Shown here: piece by piece, positions 39,566 to 49,455 of the stretch | How positions within the stretch are numbered: the stretch's first letter is position 1 | How the letters are laid out: each line of letters begins with the position of its first letter | Assembly (NCBI GenBank): GCA_012797605.1 | Contig: JAAZOT010000059.1 | Location: 1 to 61,333 of the forward strand | Direction: 5' to 3' | Length of the DNA: 61,333 nt | Source of the DNA: Spirochaetales bacterium | Lineage (GTDB): Bacteria > Spirochaetota > JAAYUW01 | Position numbers and translations under genes: made by a program | Notes under the pieces: generated by a model | Databases searched by the model: none | What the model was told of the DNA's origin: nothing | The model's input: the letters and a program-made list of their open reading frames with translations, nothing else

Positions 39566-40624
39566 ATGATTCGAACTTCACAGTTCCAGTTTAAAAAAGT
39601 AAAAAAAGATAGTTTCTTGTTTTCTATTACTATATTTCTAATCTTGTTATTTTCTTTTTCCTTCTTTTCTCAGACAGTACCGAAAGCGATAAAATTTCCA
39701 GAAAATGCTAAGGGAAATTATTTTGTAAAAGTTTTTTATGAAAAAGATGGTGAACTTTTCAATTTTTATTCTGTAAATCTTTTTGAGGTTCCTTTTCAAC
39801 TTAAGGTTTATATAGGTAATTTGAGTTTATTCAAATATTCAGAATCTTTTCCTTTTTACTTTATTTCAAAAGCAAAAGAAGGGAAAAAGTTTTTATTTTC
39901 ATTAAAAACAAATGAAAAAATAGAACCAAAATTCTGGCTTGAAATATGCGTAGGTGATCCTTTATCATCATCTATGGATAATTATATTTATACCCTTCCC
40001 TATGAACATAATAAAGAATTCTTTGTTTATCAAGGATACAATTCAAATTTTACTCATAAGGGCTCTGCATCATACTCGATCGATTTTTCTATGCCTATTG
40101 GAACACCTATTTGCGCGGTGAGAGATGGTATAGTATACAATGTTGTAGATAATAATAATAAAAGTGGTCTTTCAAGTTATTATGCTAAATATTCTAATTT
40201 TATTTCAATATATCATCCAGATGGGACTTATTCAATTTATGCTCATATAAAATATAAAGGAAGCATAGTTAAAGTTGGTGAAAAGGTAAAATCTGGACAA
40301 ATCATTGGGTATTCAGGAAATACTGGAAGAACAAGTGGACCACATTTGCATCTTCAGATAAATTTACCAACATACATGTCACACAAAAGTGTACCTGTGC
40401 CCTTTTTAGATATAGATGGAAATGGTTACTATATCAAAGAGGGTAAAACTTATAGATCAATTCATATTGAATATCTTACAGAACCAGCCTATCAAAACTT
40501 TTTAAATAATATTAATTCTCAATTTGCTCTTTTCCCATTTATATATTATGTAAAACCAAGACATCAACCTTTACTTGACGATGATACAATAATAAATTAT
40601 CCAGAAGAAGAATTTGAAGATTAA
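39566..40624 (+). CDS. M23 family metallopeptidase
   Basis: N-terminal TM/signal, TH......ID, GTPICAVRDG, YAH, GYSGNTGRTSGPHLH. Confidence 0.9.
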   Translation: MIRTSQFQFKKVKKDSFLFSITIFLILLFSFSFFSQTVPKAIKFPENAKGNYFVKVFYEKDGELFNFYSVNLFEVPFQLKVYIGNLSLFKYSESFPFYFISKAKEGKKFLFSLKTNEKIEPKFWLEICVGDPLSSSMDNYIYTLPYEHNKEFFVYQGYNSNFTHKGSASYSIDFSMPIGTPICAVRDGIVYNVVDNNNKSGLSSYYAKYSNFISIYHPDGTYSIYAHIKYKGSIVKVGEKVKSGQIIGYSGNTGRTSGPHLHLQINLPTYMSHKSVPVPFLDIDGNGYYIKEGKTYRSIHIEYLTEPAYQNFLNNINSQFALFPFIYYVKPRHQPLLDDDTIINYPEEEFED

Positions 40625-40650
40625 TTATACTTCTCTATTTTAATCCTTTC

Positions 40651-42117
40651 TTATTTTAATCCTTTCGCAATTTTTATCACATTAATAGCTCCATCATAAA
40701 TACCGATTTTTTTGTTTTTTACTATATTTTCACAAAATAAAGGTATTAAATCATCTTCTTCTATCAAAAGAGAAAGAGCTTGTAAAACTTGTCCTTCTTG
40801 TGAACATTCTATAGTTCCATCCCCTATTTCAGCAGATCTTATAGCTCCCCAAGCTTCATGCCCTCCAACTCTATGAATAAAAAGCTTAGGAACTGGATAA
40901 TAACTTAATTCACTTGGTTTTGTTATTAAAATATCACTAAATCTCATTAAAAGATTAGTAAAGTATACCGCTGAGAAAATATCTTTATCATAAAATAAAA
41001 TTATTTCGGCTTTATTTAAATCTTCTATTTCATTTTCAAAAAAATCTTTTGCACTTTCAAGATTTTCATATTTTCTATATTTCATATCAAAACTTTTAAG
41101 CAAATTCTCGATCTCATTTTTTCTATCAATATGGTCTCCACAGTTTATAAAAAGGCTTAATTTATCTTTTTTTGTATATTTTATAGATTCACTTATTATT
41201 TTTAATATAAGATTTTTTTGTGCTCCAGCTCCACCAATAGATATAAGGGTTCTTCTTGGCGCTTTATTTTTTACTCTTTCTATCCTTTTTTGACAATCAT
41301 GTTCAACATTTTCAAGTATCTCATAATCTACATAATGTCCAACGAGAGATATTTGATCAGCTGGAATTGGATTTAATATCTGATTTTTTTCTCCCATTTC
41401 TCGTAAAATCCTATAACCAAAATAACTAGAAGGTCCTTGGATACAATGTTTTGAACCAGGAGCAAGATGAAGAGCCATTGGCCAATTGTCAACTATTGCA
41501 TTAACAACATTTGAAAAACCAGCATGAATCGCAGCTTGTGCAGGCCATCCATGAGCAGCAACAAATGGAAAATTTTTAGGAAGAGAATTTAAAACAGGTG
41601 CAAAAAGTTCAGTCATATTTAAATCATCTAAATTATAAGTTAATTTTTTGAAACCTATTGAATTAAGTGGTTCCCAATATAATTTATCAAAAATTGGGAA
41701 TTGTTGTGACAATCTTGAACCTAAAGAATATAGTGAATTCAAATGAGCTATTATTTTACTAGCACAGGAACCTTTTACATTCATAAAATCGAGCCAATAT
41801 GGTGTAAAACCAAGAATTTTGGCAGCAGAAGAAAAAGCTAAAGACAATCTATAATGTCCATAACCCATTCTGATAGTTCCAATTATTACTCCTTTATTTA
41901 AATCTAGATCTTCTATTTTTTGTTCAAATTTTTCTATATTTTTGTTAACTAAAACCTTTATACCAAAATTCTCAGTCACAAGATTATTTATACTTATTGG
42001 GCAAAGTTCTATTTTTTCATTTGGAACACCAAATTTTTTTTCTAGCTTTTTCTTTTTTGAAATTGAATTTTTAACCTTTTTATCCGAAAATTTGTTTCCA
42101 AAAATATTATCTATCAT
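40651..42117 (-). CDS. Conserved hypothetical protein with GT-B glycosyltransferase-like motifs
   Basis: MGYGH, ISIGGAGAQ, INCG and LMRFSDILITKPSE resemble GT28/MGDG-synthase segments. Confidence 0.55.
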   Translation of the reverse strand: MIDNIFGNKFSDKKVKNSISKKKKLEKKFGVPNEKIELCPISINNLVTENFGIKVLVNKNIEKFEQKIEDLDLNKGVIIGTIRMGYGHYRLSLAFSSAAKILGFTPYWLDFMNVKGSCASKIIAHLNSLYSLGSRLSQQFPIFDKLYWEPLNSIGFKKLTYNLDDLNMTELFAPVLNSLPKNFPFVAAHGWPAQAAIHAGFSNVVNAIVDNWPMALHLAPGSKHCIQGPSSYFGYRILREMGEKNQILNPIPADQISLVGHYVDYEILENVEHDCQKRIERVKNKAPRRTLISIGGAGAQKNLILKIISESIKYTKKDKLSLFINCGDHIDRKNEIENLLKSFDMKYRKYENLESAKDFFENEIEDLNKAEIILFYDKDIFSAVYFTNLLMRFSDILITKPSELSYYPVPKLFIHRVGGHEAWGAIRSAEIGDGTIECSQEGQVLQALSLLIEEDDLIPLFCENIVKNKKIGIYDGAINVIKIAKGLK

Positions 42118-42303
42118 GAAACACCTCTCAAAAAATTTCTAATTAAATTATACCACTATTAAAATTAATTTCAAAGAAAACAACTTAAATTTAGTTATTT
42201 CCTAGTAATAGATGATAAAATAATTTTTAATTAAATTAATTTATAAAAATTGAAGGGATTGATTAAAATTTGATTTTAATAATAAGTTTGATAATAAAAA
42301 ATT

Positions 42304-42376
42304 CTGGGGTGTAGGGACTCGAACCCCAAACACTCGGAACCAAAATCCGATGTTCTGCCACTTGAACTACACCCCA
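42304..42376 (-). tRNA. tRNA-Gln(TTG)
   Basis: Minus strand TGGGGTG...CACCCCA-G, anticodon arm TCGGA-TTTTGGT-TCCGA, T loop GGTTCGAGTCC. CCA not encoded. Confidence 0.95.
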
Positions 42377-42433
42377 ACTGACATAAACAAGATAATAAAA
42401 TTTTATAAAAAAGCAAGAGGGTTTAATTTATTT

Positions 42434-43426
42434 CTATTTTCTTACTAAATTATAAGGGATCAAAAGGATATCTGGATAATAGGATTTTTTAGCGAATCTT
42501 AACTCGGCAATTCCAAGATCATCCTCTCTATTTATATATTTGTACTTTTGAAGTAGATGCTTTGAGGTAATATTATTTATTACTTGGGGAATCCCTATAT
42601 AGTTTATATCGAACTTTTCGAAATGAATGGTAGCCATATCCTGATTTTGTTTACTAAAAACAGAAAAAGCAATAATTGATGAATCAAATTCTATTATTAT
42701 TAAACCTATATCTAATTCCTTAAAATAATTGCATGAATTTTTAAGAACTTTTAATTCGATCTCTAATAATTCTTTCTCTGAACTACTATCTTTTTCTAAA
42801 TCCTTGTTTTCACTTTGTTCGACATTTTCATTTGTTCCAGTTTTTGCTTTATTTTTTGCCCACTTTTCAGCAAGTTCTACACATCTTCTAAATTCCTTAC
42901 AATCACTATTGGATCTATCTAAAATTGTCACATTAAATTTAGGATAATATCTCATGAATTGAGATATTAAATTCCTTTTCTTATGGAACTTTCTACCACT
43001 CAAAAGAGCAAGTTTCTCAGTAAAATAAATATAGTTTGCATTATCTTTTGATTCAATCAGATTAAAAAATTTATTTAAACTTTTTTCATTTTGGTTTTGG
43101 ACTTCAAGGTTTCTTATATAATCTTCATCAAAAAAGCAAAAATTCCCCGATAAATTAGAAGAAATAAATGAATCAGATACATACAAAATTTCATTTAGAG
43201 AAAAAGGTTCACCTACAGGCTTAAAAATAAAATCTGTTGATTTATTATATATAATTAATCTTTCTTCATAGATAGTCCAATAATAATCGTACACTATTGA
43301 CCAAGAAAGAAGATTAAATAGATTTAAATCACAAAATTGTTGTGGAAACTTTTGAAAATAATCTAGAAATACTTCTTTATCCTTTATGTCGATCTTTTTA
43401 AATTCACCTATATTTTTAATTATCAT
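42434..43426 (-). CDS. DUF2156 domain protein (aminoacyl-phosphatidylglycerol synthase C-terminal-like)
   Basis: CDLNLFNLLSW, NYIYFTEKLALLSGRKFHKKRNLISQF, IHFEK, YINREDDLGIAELRFAKKSYYP. Confidence 0.85.
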   Translation of the reverse strand: MIIKNIGEFKKIDIKDKEVFLDYFQKFPQQFCDLNLFNLLSWSIVYDYYWTIYEERLIIYNKSTDFIFKPVGEPFSLNEILYVSDSFISSNLSGNFCFFDEDYIRNLEVQNQNEKSLNKFFNLIESKDNANYIYFTEKLALLSGRKFHKKRNLISQFMRYYPKFNVTILDRSNSDCKEFRRCVELAEKWAKNKAKTGTNENVEQSENKDLEKDSSSEKELLEIELKVLKNSCNYFKELDIGLIIIEFDSSIIAFSVFSKQNQDMATIHFEKFDINYIGIPQVINNITSKHLLQKYKYINREDDLGIAELRFAKKSYYPDILLIPYNLVRK

Positions 43427-43877
43427 TTTCTTCCTTTAATAAGTTACCTTTAAATATCATTGGTATAAAACCTTCCATATTTTCAAAACCAATTTTCTTA
43501 TAGAATTCAGAAGAATCAGGAGTTGAAATAAGTGCGATCCAGTTAATTTTTTTAATCTTAAGGTAATTTAATATGTAAAGAACAAGCTTTTTTCCAATCC
43601 CTTTTTTTCTAAAATTTTTTGATACTACAACATCTTGAATATATGCATCAGAAACCTTATCAGATATTGCTCTACCTATACCGACAAGCTGTTTATTATA
43701 AAAAGCTCCAATAAAAATTAGACTATTTTTGATGATCTTCTTGACTCTATTTGGATCTTTTTCATCTTCATCATTCCACCAACCAGCCTCTTTATATAAT
43801 GAAATAACTTCTTCTGATTTTATTTTTTTAATAATTTTTATTTTTATCTGTTCTCTCATGTATCTGTTCTTAACCAA
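43416..43877 (-). CDS. GNAT family N-acetyltransferase
   Basis: LVGIGRAISD, AYIQDVVV, FRKKGIGKKL (motif A), FYKKIGF. Alternative ATG at 43859. Confidence 0.9.
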   Translation of the reverse strand: MVKNRYMREQIKIKIIKKIKSEEVISLYKEAGWWNDEDEKDPNRVKKIIKNSLIFIGAFYNKQLVGIGRAISDKVSDAYIQDVVVSKNFRKKGIGKKLVLYILNYLKIKKINWIALISTPDSSEFYKKIGFENMEGFIPMIFKGNLLKEENDN

Positions 43878-43881
43878 GATA

Positions 43882-44943
43882 TTAAAACAAACTATCCTTC
43901 TCTTTTATTTTTTCCCCAAGAAGTTCATATGCCTTTTGATTTGCTACCCTACCCTTTGGAGTTCTTTTTATATAACCCATCTGTATTAAAAATGGTTCAT
44001 AAAAATCTTCTATTGTTCTCGTATCTTCTCCAATCGATACAGCCAAGGCATTTAAACCAACTGGGCCACCACCATAGTCTTCAATAATTGTTTTTAAAAG
44101 TTTAATATCATTCAAATCAAGCCCTTCCTCTGTTATCCCAAGTTCATGTAAAGTTTCTTTTACTATCTCGTCAAAAATCTCCTTTTTATTCTTATATGTA
44201 GCAAAATCACATACTCTTTTAACAAGATGAAGAGCTATTCTTGGCGTTCCACGACTGCATCTTGCTATATGTAGAGCAGCTTCAGAATTAACATTAAATC
44301 CAAGTTTAGTAAAAGCATTTTGGACAATTATTAGCATCGAGTCTATTGAATAATAATCTAATTTTAATATAAGACCGAACCTACTTCTAAGGGGTTTGGA
44401 AATATTTCCAGCCAATGTTGTTGCACCAATAAGGGTAAATGGTGGTAGATTTATCTTTATGCTTTTAGCTGTAGCTCCCTTACCTATGATAACATCTATA
44501 TGATAATCTTCCATGGCAGGAAATAGTATTTCTTCTAGATTTATTTTCAATCTATGTATCTCATCAATAAAGATAAAATCATTTGATCTAATAGAAGATA
44601 GTATCGCAGCGAGATCGCCAGATTTTTCAACTGTTGGTGCGGATATTATTTTTATGTTAGAATTCATCTCTTTTGCAATTATTTGAGCTAAAGTTGTCTT
44701 GCCAAGTCCAGCTGGTCCATAAAAAAGGATATGGTCCAACTGTTTTCCTTTGGCTTTTGCTGCTGAAATGGCAATTGTGAGCTGCTTTTTAACATGATTT
44801 TGACCTATAAAATCCTCGAGTTTTTCTGGTCTTTGGATTATATTAATTCTTTCATCTTTTTGAAAAATCTTTTGAGGTTTTTCTTCATTTATCATTTTCA
44901 GATTCGATTTTTTTATTCCATTTTTTTTTTTGTTATCTGGCAA
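43882..44943 (-). CDS. ruvB: Holliday junction branch migration helicase RuvB
   Basis: RPEKLEDFIGQ, GPAGLGKTT, FIDEIHRL, FTLIGATT, RGTPRIA, GGPVGL, EPFL. Confidence 0.97.
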   Translation of the reverse strand: MPDNKKKNGIKKSNLKMINEEKPQKIFQKDERINIIQRPEKLEDFIGQNHVKKQLTIAISAAKAKGKQLDHILFYGPAGLGKTTLAQIIAKEMNSNIKIISAPTVEKSGDLAAILSSIRSNDFIFIDEIHRLKINLEEILFPAMEDYHIDVIIGKGATAKSIKINLPPFTLIGATTLAGNISKPLRSRFGLILKLDYYSIDSMLIIVQNAFTKLGFNVNSEAALHIARCSRGTPRIALHLVKRVCDFATYKNKKEIFDEIVKETLHELGITEEGLDLNDIKLLKTIIEDYGGGPVGLNALAVSIGEDTRTIEDFYEPFLIQMGYIKRTPKGRVANQKAYELLGEKIKEKDSLF

Positions 44944-44982
44944 TTTATTTTAATTTCACTATTTAATATCTTCTATCTCGTA

Positions 44983-45044
44983 TTTCTTATTATTTTTCTG
45001 ATTATTTCTTATTATATTTCTTTTATTTTTCTTATTATTTTTCT
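44983..45044. repeat. Three spaced copies of a 17-mer in the ruvA-ruvB spacer
   Basis: TTTCTTATTATTTTTCT at 44983 and 45028, and a 1-mismatch copy at 45005. Period 22-23 bp. Confidence 0.6.
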
Positions 45045-45093
45045 CGCAAATTAATCTTGTTTTTTATAAAAATACCACCAATAAAAATAGTCT

Positions 45094-45687
45094 CTATTGA
45101 AACTTAGATAACAGTGATAAAATGCTTTTAAAAGCATCTTCAAATTCCATCTCTTCAATTTTTTTACTGCTCTGTTTTCTAAAATTATTAATTGCCTTTT
45201 CTATTTCTAATTTAGAAAATCCAAGTGTTTGAAGACCCTCTACTAGTTCATTTATTATCGAAATGTTTCTGGTGGATAATTTGCCCAATTTGCCTGTAAG
45301 TTCAAGTATCACTTTTTGTGCTTGTTTTTGACCTATTCCTTTCACCTTTACAAAAAAATTTGCATCTTGATTTTCAATGGCTTCGATAAATTCTTCTGGT
45401 TTTCCGAAATTAAATATTTCAAGAGCCTTCTTAGGTCCTATTCCTTCTACTAGAATAAATTTCATGAAAAGATTTTTCTCTTCTTCTGTATAAAATCCGA
45501 ACAATGAGAGTTCATCTTCTTTAACATGAAGATATTGATATAATTTTATTTCACTTCCTAATGGATAATCTTTCAAAGCAGTATAAGTATTTAATGATAT
45601 TTTACATAGGTAACCAACACCACCAACATCAATAATGCATTTACCTATAGTAAGCTCGGTTAATTTGCCTTTAAGATAGGCATACAT
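45094..45687 (-). CDS. ruvA: Holliday junction branch migration protein RuvA
   Basis: MYAYLKGKL, DVGGVGY, HVKED..LFGF, HhH motifs GIGPK and GIGQK. Confidence 0.96.
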   Translation of the reverse strand: MYAYLKGKLTELTIGKCIIDVGGVGYLCKISLNTYTALKDYPLGSEIKLYQYLHVKEDELSLFGFYTEEEKNLFMKFILVEGIGPKKALEIFNFGKPEEFIEAIENQDANFFVKVKGIGQKQAQKVILELTGKLGKLSTRNISIINELVEGLQTLGFSKLEIEKAINNFRKQSSKKIEEMEFEDAFKSILSLLSKFQ

Positions 45688-45726
45688 AAATTCCCTTTGT
45701 AATTATGAATTTTATTCTTTTCTTAC

Positions 45727-46212
45727 TCAAAAACTAATATTATATTTTTTTATAAGATGAGTAATACCACAAGCAATAGCATCTGCAGCATCATCAGATT
45801 TTGGTGATTCTTCAAGATTAAAAAATCTTTTAACCATACTTTGAACTTGTCTTTTACTTGCTTTACCATATGAAGTAACAGAAAGCTTAATCTCTAAAGG
45901 TGTATAGTTATATACTGGTATTCCTCTTTTTTCACTGAGATAAAATATAACTCCTCTTATTTCAGAAACATGCATTGCAGTAGTTATATTTCTTATAAAA
46001 AAAAGCTGCTCGATGGCTATTTCTTGTGGATTATACTTATCACAAATAGAAAGAAAAGAATCTCCAATTTCAGCAATTCTTTTCTCAAATGATTCAATCT
46101 TAGTAGTTACAGTACCATATACTACAAGTTCTGCACAATTTTTTTCAATATCAGCATCAATTATAGAAAAACCAAGGATTGCATATCCGGGGTCGATGCT
46201 TAAAATTCTCAC
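45727..46212 (-). CDS. ruvC: Holliday junction resolvase RuvC
   Basis: ILSIDPG, AIEQLFF, YTPLEIK, GKASKRQVQ, DDAADAIA. Confidence 0.96.
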   Translation of the reverse strand: MRILSIDPGYAILGFSIIDADIEKNCAELVVYGTVTTKIESFEKRIAEIGDSFLSICDKYNPQEIAIEQLFFIRNITTAMHVSEIRGVIFYLSEKRGIPVYNYTPLEIKLSVTSYGKASKRQVQSMVKRFFNLEESPKSDDAADAIACGITHLIKKYNISF

Positions 46213-46215
46213 GGA

Positions 46216-46974
46216 TTAACCTGAAGTTTGTTCATATTTTTCAATTATTGCATCATCTATGTCATAATTAGCATAAACATCCACGACATCATCATTTTCG
46301 TCTAGAACATCTAAAAGTTTTAACATCCTAATGGCTTCATTTTCATCAAGTTTAATTGTGTTATCTGGGATCATAGTTGCTTCGACAGAGGTGTATTCTA
46401 CTTTTTTTGAGTCTAGAATTTCTTTTACATTTTCTGTTTCATTAGGGTCGATATAAATTTCCCATGTGTCTTCTTTTAATGCATAATCATCTGCGTTTAT
46501 TTCTAAAGCAAGACCTTCAATATCATCTTCATTATATTTAGACTTTTCTAGAGTAATGACTCCCTTATACTTAAACATCCAACCAACACAACCATTTTCA
46601 CCAAGATTTCCACCATATTTAGATAGAGTTGCCCTTATTGCAGAGGCAGTTCTATTTTTATTATCTGTTAAAGTCTTAATCATCATTGCTACACCTGCTG
46701 GACCATAACCTTCATAAAAGATCTCTTCATAAGCTTCGCCTTGAATTTCACCAGTACCTTTTTTTATTGCTTTATCAATATTATCTTTTGGCATATTCGC
46801 AGCTCTTGCTTTTGAAACAACCGCTCTAAGTCGTGGATTCCCATTGATATCTCCACCACCTATTCGTGCTGCAACCTCAATTTCTCTAATAAATTTGGTA
46901 AAGAGTTTGCCTCTTTTAGCATCATTGGCACCTTTTTTATGCTTAATAGTTGACCACTTATTATGACCTGACAT
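46216..46974 (-). CDS. yebC: YebC/PmpR family protein
   Basis: MSGHNKWSTIKHKK, NMPKDNIDKAI, YEGYGPAG, TDNKNRT. Usual position upstream of ruvCAB. Confidence 0.96.
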   Translation of the reverse strand: MSGHNKWSTIKHKKGANDAKRGKLFTKFIREIEVAARIGGGDINGNPRLRAVVSKARAANMPKDNIDKAIKKGTGEIQGEAYEEIFYEGYGPAGVAMMIKTLTDNKNRTASAIRATLSKYGGNLGENGCVGWMFKYKGVITLEKSKYNEDDIEGLALEINADDYALKEDTWEIYIDPNETENVKEILDSKKVEYTSVEATMIPDNTIKLDENEAIRMLKLLDVLDENDDVVDVYANYDIDDAIIEKYEQTSG

Positions 46975-47077
46975 TTTTCCTCCTACATAAGTAATACCAA
47001 AAATTTATATTTTTACAAGAATGTTACAATTTTATTATTTAAAATAATAATAGATCAAATCAAAAATATTACTTTTT

Positions 47078-47536
47078 TTATTGATTTAATGGTTTTTGTA
47101 TATTTTTTTTATCTATTATCACCCATAAACCAAGTATTATGAATATAACTGGCCAAAATTTTAATATATTGAAAGAGATAAAAAATAAGCATAAAGATAC
47201 CAAAAAAAGAATAATTGCAGGTATTGCTAAATCCCTTTGTTTTCCTACTATAGAAGATATAAAGAAAGAAATACTAACTATTAAAATCAAAATTGGCCAT
47301 AGTTTATTGAAATTTACCCAGGAAGTAAAGATATTATAAAAGAAAAATAATGAAGATAAAGATAATATTATAGCTGGAATATAAAAGATATATTTTGTTC
47401 TTGAAGACATTAAAAATAATAATACACCTAGAATTAATAAGCCCAATGGCCAAAATTGAATCTTCCAGTTATACATATTTCCAATTATTAGAAGTGTCCC
47501 TATTATAATCAACAAAATACCTATAATTTTTTTCAT
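47078..47536 (-). CDS. LiaF-TM/DUF5668-like small integral membrane protein
   Basis: Almost entirely hydrophobic with three WP-led helices. Paralog of the adjacent gene. Confidence 0.6.
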   Translation of the reverse strand: MKKIIGILLIIIGTLLIIGNMYNWKIQFWPLGLLILGVLLFLMSSRTKYIFYIPAIILSLSSLFFFYNIFTSWVNFNKLWPILILIVSISFFISSIVGKQRDLAIPAIILFLVSLCLFFISFNILKFWPVIFIILGLWVIIDKKNIQKPLNQ

Positions 47537-47550
47537 AAATTTACTAAATT

Positions 47551-48027
47551 CTATTCGTTTTTATCTTCAGATTTTGCCGTTCTTTTAAAATTTTTAGAAT
47601 CAAAAATTATCCATAGACCTAAAATAATAAGTGCAATTGGCCAAAATTTTAAAAGGTTCAATGAAATAAAAAATAACCCAACTGTAATAATAAGGAGAAT
47701 ATTTGCAGGCACAAAAAAACTTGACTCTTTACCAACAATAGCTGTTATATAAAAAGCTAAACTTACTGAAAATACATACAAAGGCCATAAATATTTTTGA
47801 TAACTCCAATTTGTTGCGACATTAAAGAAAAAGAAAATAGCTAAAAATGTAAGTATTGTCCCTGGAATATAAAGTCCATTATTTTCTCGACTAGCTCCGA
47901 AAAGAAAAAATATCCCAGGTATTAAAAGAGCAAGAGGCCAAAGCTCTAAATTCCAATTTAATGAATAATTAAAAATCAAAAAAACACCAACGATAATAAG
48001 CAAAATACCAAATATCCATCTATTCAT
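47551..48027 (-). CDS. LiaF-TM/DUF5668-like small integral membrane protein
   Basis: GILLIIVG, LWPLALLIPG, LWPLYV, FWPIALIILGLWII. GGAGG RBS. Confidence 0.6.
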   Translation of the reverse strand: MNRWIFGILLIIVGVFLIFNYSLNWNLELWPLALLIPGIFFLFGASRENNGLYIPGTILTFLAIFFFFNVATNWSYQKYLWPLYVFSVSLAFYITAIVGKESSFFVPANILLIITVGLFFISLNLLKFWPIALIILGLWIIFDSKNFKRTAKSEDKNE

Positions 48028-48141
48028 TTTTCCCTCCTATTTTTTAATTTCAAATTTAATCTTTTTCTCTTTCATTATAATTTGCTAATTTTTTTGTATT
48101 ATATCAAATTTTAAAATTAGTTCTTTCCGTTTTCTATTTTA

Positions 48142-48828
48142 TTATAATTTGCTAACACGTCTTTTACTGTCTATTTGTGCAACAAGAATATACCTTTTTA
48201 ATATAAAATAAATAAATATTAGAAGTGGAACAATTGCAAGTCCATATAGAATTTTTACAAAAAGAATATAATCATATAAACCATGAAAAAAAGATGAGAG
48301 AGAAATAGCTAAAAATAGAAAAACGTATTTTTGGGTCTTATTATATGCAAATTTTGCTCTACCAATGTAAAATCCCATAATTGCAGCAAAGAATGAATGA
48401 GCAGGCACTGAAAGAATAGCCCTCATAATTCCTACTGAGAAACCACCTTTTATAACATAAAAGATATTTTCAAAAGTTGCAAAACCTAAAGATACAGCGA
48501 CAGTATATACTAATCCGTCCATAATTTCGTTGAATTGTGAAGATTTATAAGGTCCAACCATAACCATAAAATATTTTGAAGATTCTTCTACCAATCCAAC
48601 CACTATAAAAGCTTTTATTATCTGCACAAAAAATCCAGAAAACATATTTAATATAGTAGATTCTAGCAAAATTTCAAGAACAACAGCAATAATTGCAGAA
48701 ATAAAGCCCAAAAAAAATGAAACAAGAACTTTTCTTACAGGTTCTGGCTCGTATTTATCCAACAAATAAAAATAAATAATCAGAAAAACTCCCGGGGCTA
48801 TTGCTAAAGCAAAAAGGCCAAATATCAT
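48142..48828 (-). CDS. prsW: PrsW family intramembrane glutamic protease
   Basis: DKYEPEP, GLVEESSK, DGLVY...LGFATFEN, VPAH, FHGLYD. Confidence 0.9.
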   Translation of the reverse strand: MIFGLFALAIAPGVFLIIYFYLLDKYEPEPVRKVLVSFFLGFISAIIAVVLEILLESTILNMFSGFFVQIIKAFIVVGLVEESSKYFMVMVGPYKSSQFNEIMDGLVYTVAVSLGFATFENIFYVIKGGFSVGIMRAILSVPAHSFFAAIMGFYIGRAKFAYNKTQKYVFLFLAISLSSFFHGLYDYILFVKILYGLAIVPLLIFIYFILKRYILVAQIDSKRRVSKL

Positions 48829-48952
48829 ATTATTCCTTCTTTTTTAATTATATAATAATAAATTTTTTTAATCTTAAAAGTCAACTTACACTTTTGTAGA
48901 GATAATTTAATAATTTTTTCTATGCTTAAGTATGCATTCGATTATCAATAAG

Positions 48953-49279
48953 TCAATTGTTGAAAAAAGATTTTTCATCAAGTTTTATAATATAAACTGC
49001 TGGTTGTTCATATGGATGAACATCTTTTAATGTTTTTAAAACATTATCAATACAATTTTCATCGACTATAGTTTCAAATCTTACTTCTTTTACAAATTCA
49101 TCTTTCCCTTTTTCTCCAATGTATGGATTTGCATTTTCTAATGGTCTAAATCTTCCTATTCCCTCACAGATAAAAGCAGCTCTATCATATTTTGAAAACT
49201 TACCAGCTCCAGCATTAAAAAGGGCATCTATTACTTTATCTTTATCTTTTTCTGGAATAAATGTGATTAAAAGATACAT
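48953..49279 (-). CDS. Stand-alone Nif3/YqfO insert-like (PII/CutA-fold) protein
   Basis: ALFNAGAG, YDRAAF..EGIGRFRPLENANPYIG, EVRFE, HPYEQPA. Confidence 0.8.
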   Translation of the reverse strand: MYLLITFIPEKDKDKVIDALFNAGAGKFSKYDRAAFICEGIGRFRPLENANPYIGEKGKDEFVKEVRFETIVDENCIDNVLKTLKDVHPYEQPAVYIIKLDEKSFFNN

Positions 49280-49455
49280 TAATACCTCCTTCCATCTATT
49301 TAATTGAATCTAATTGCTTTATTATTTTTAATTTTATTAAAATAAAAAGTTATTAAAAAATCTATACAATTAAAATATATTATTTTTATAAAATAATGAA
49401 TCAAATTTGTTTGAAAATAGAGATTAAAAATTAATATTAAAGGCTATATATAATT

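Noticed and set aside
40636-40666. Duplicated TATTTTAATCCTTTC at the 3' end of the 40651-42117 gene, and the similar 16-bp duplication at 1751-1782
   Set aside because: Two-copy local slippage with no sign of a target-site duplication around an inserted element.
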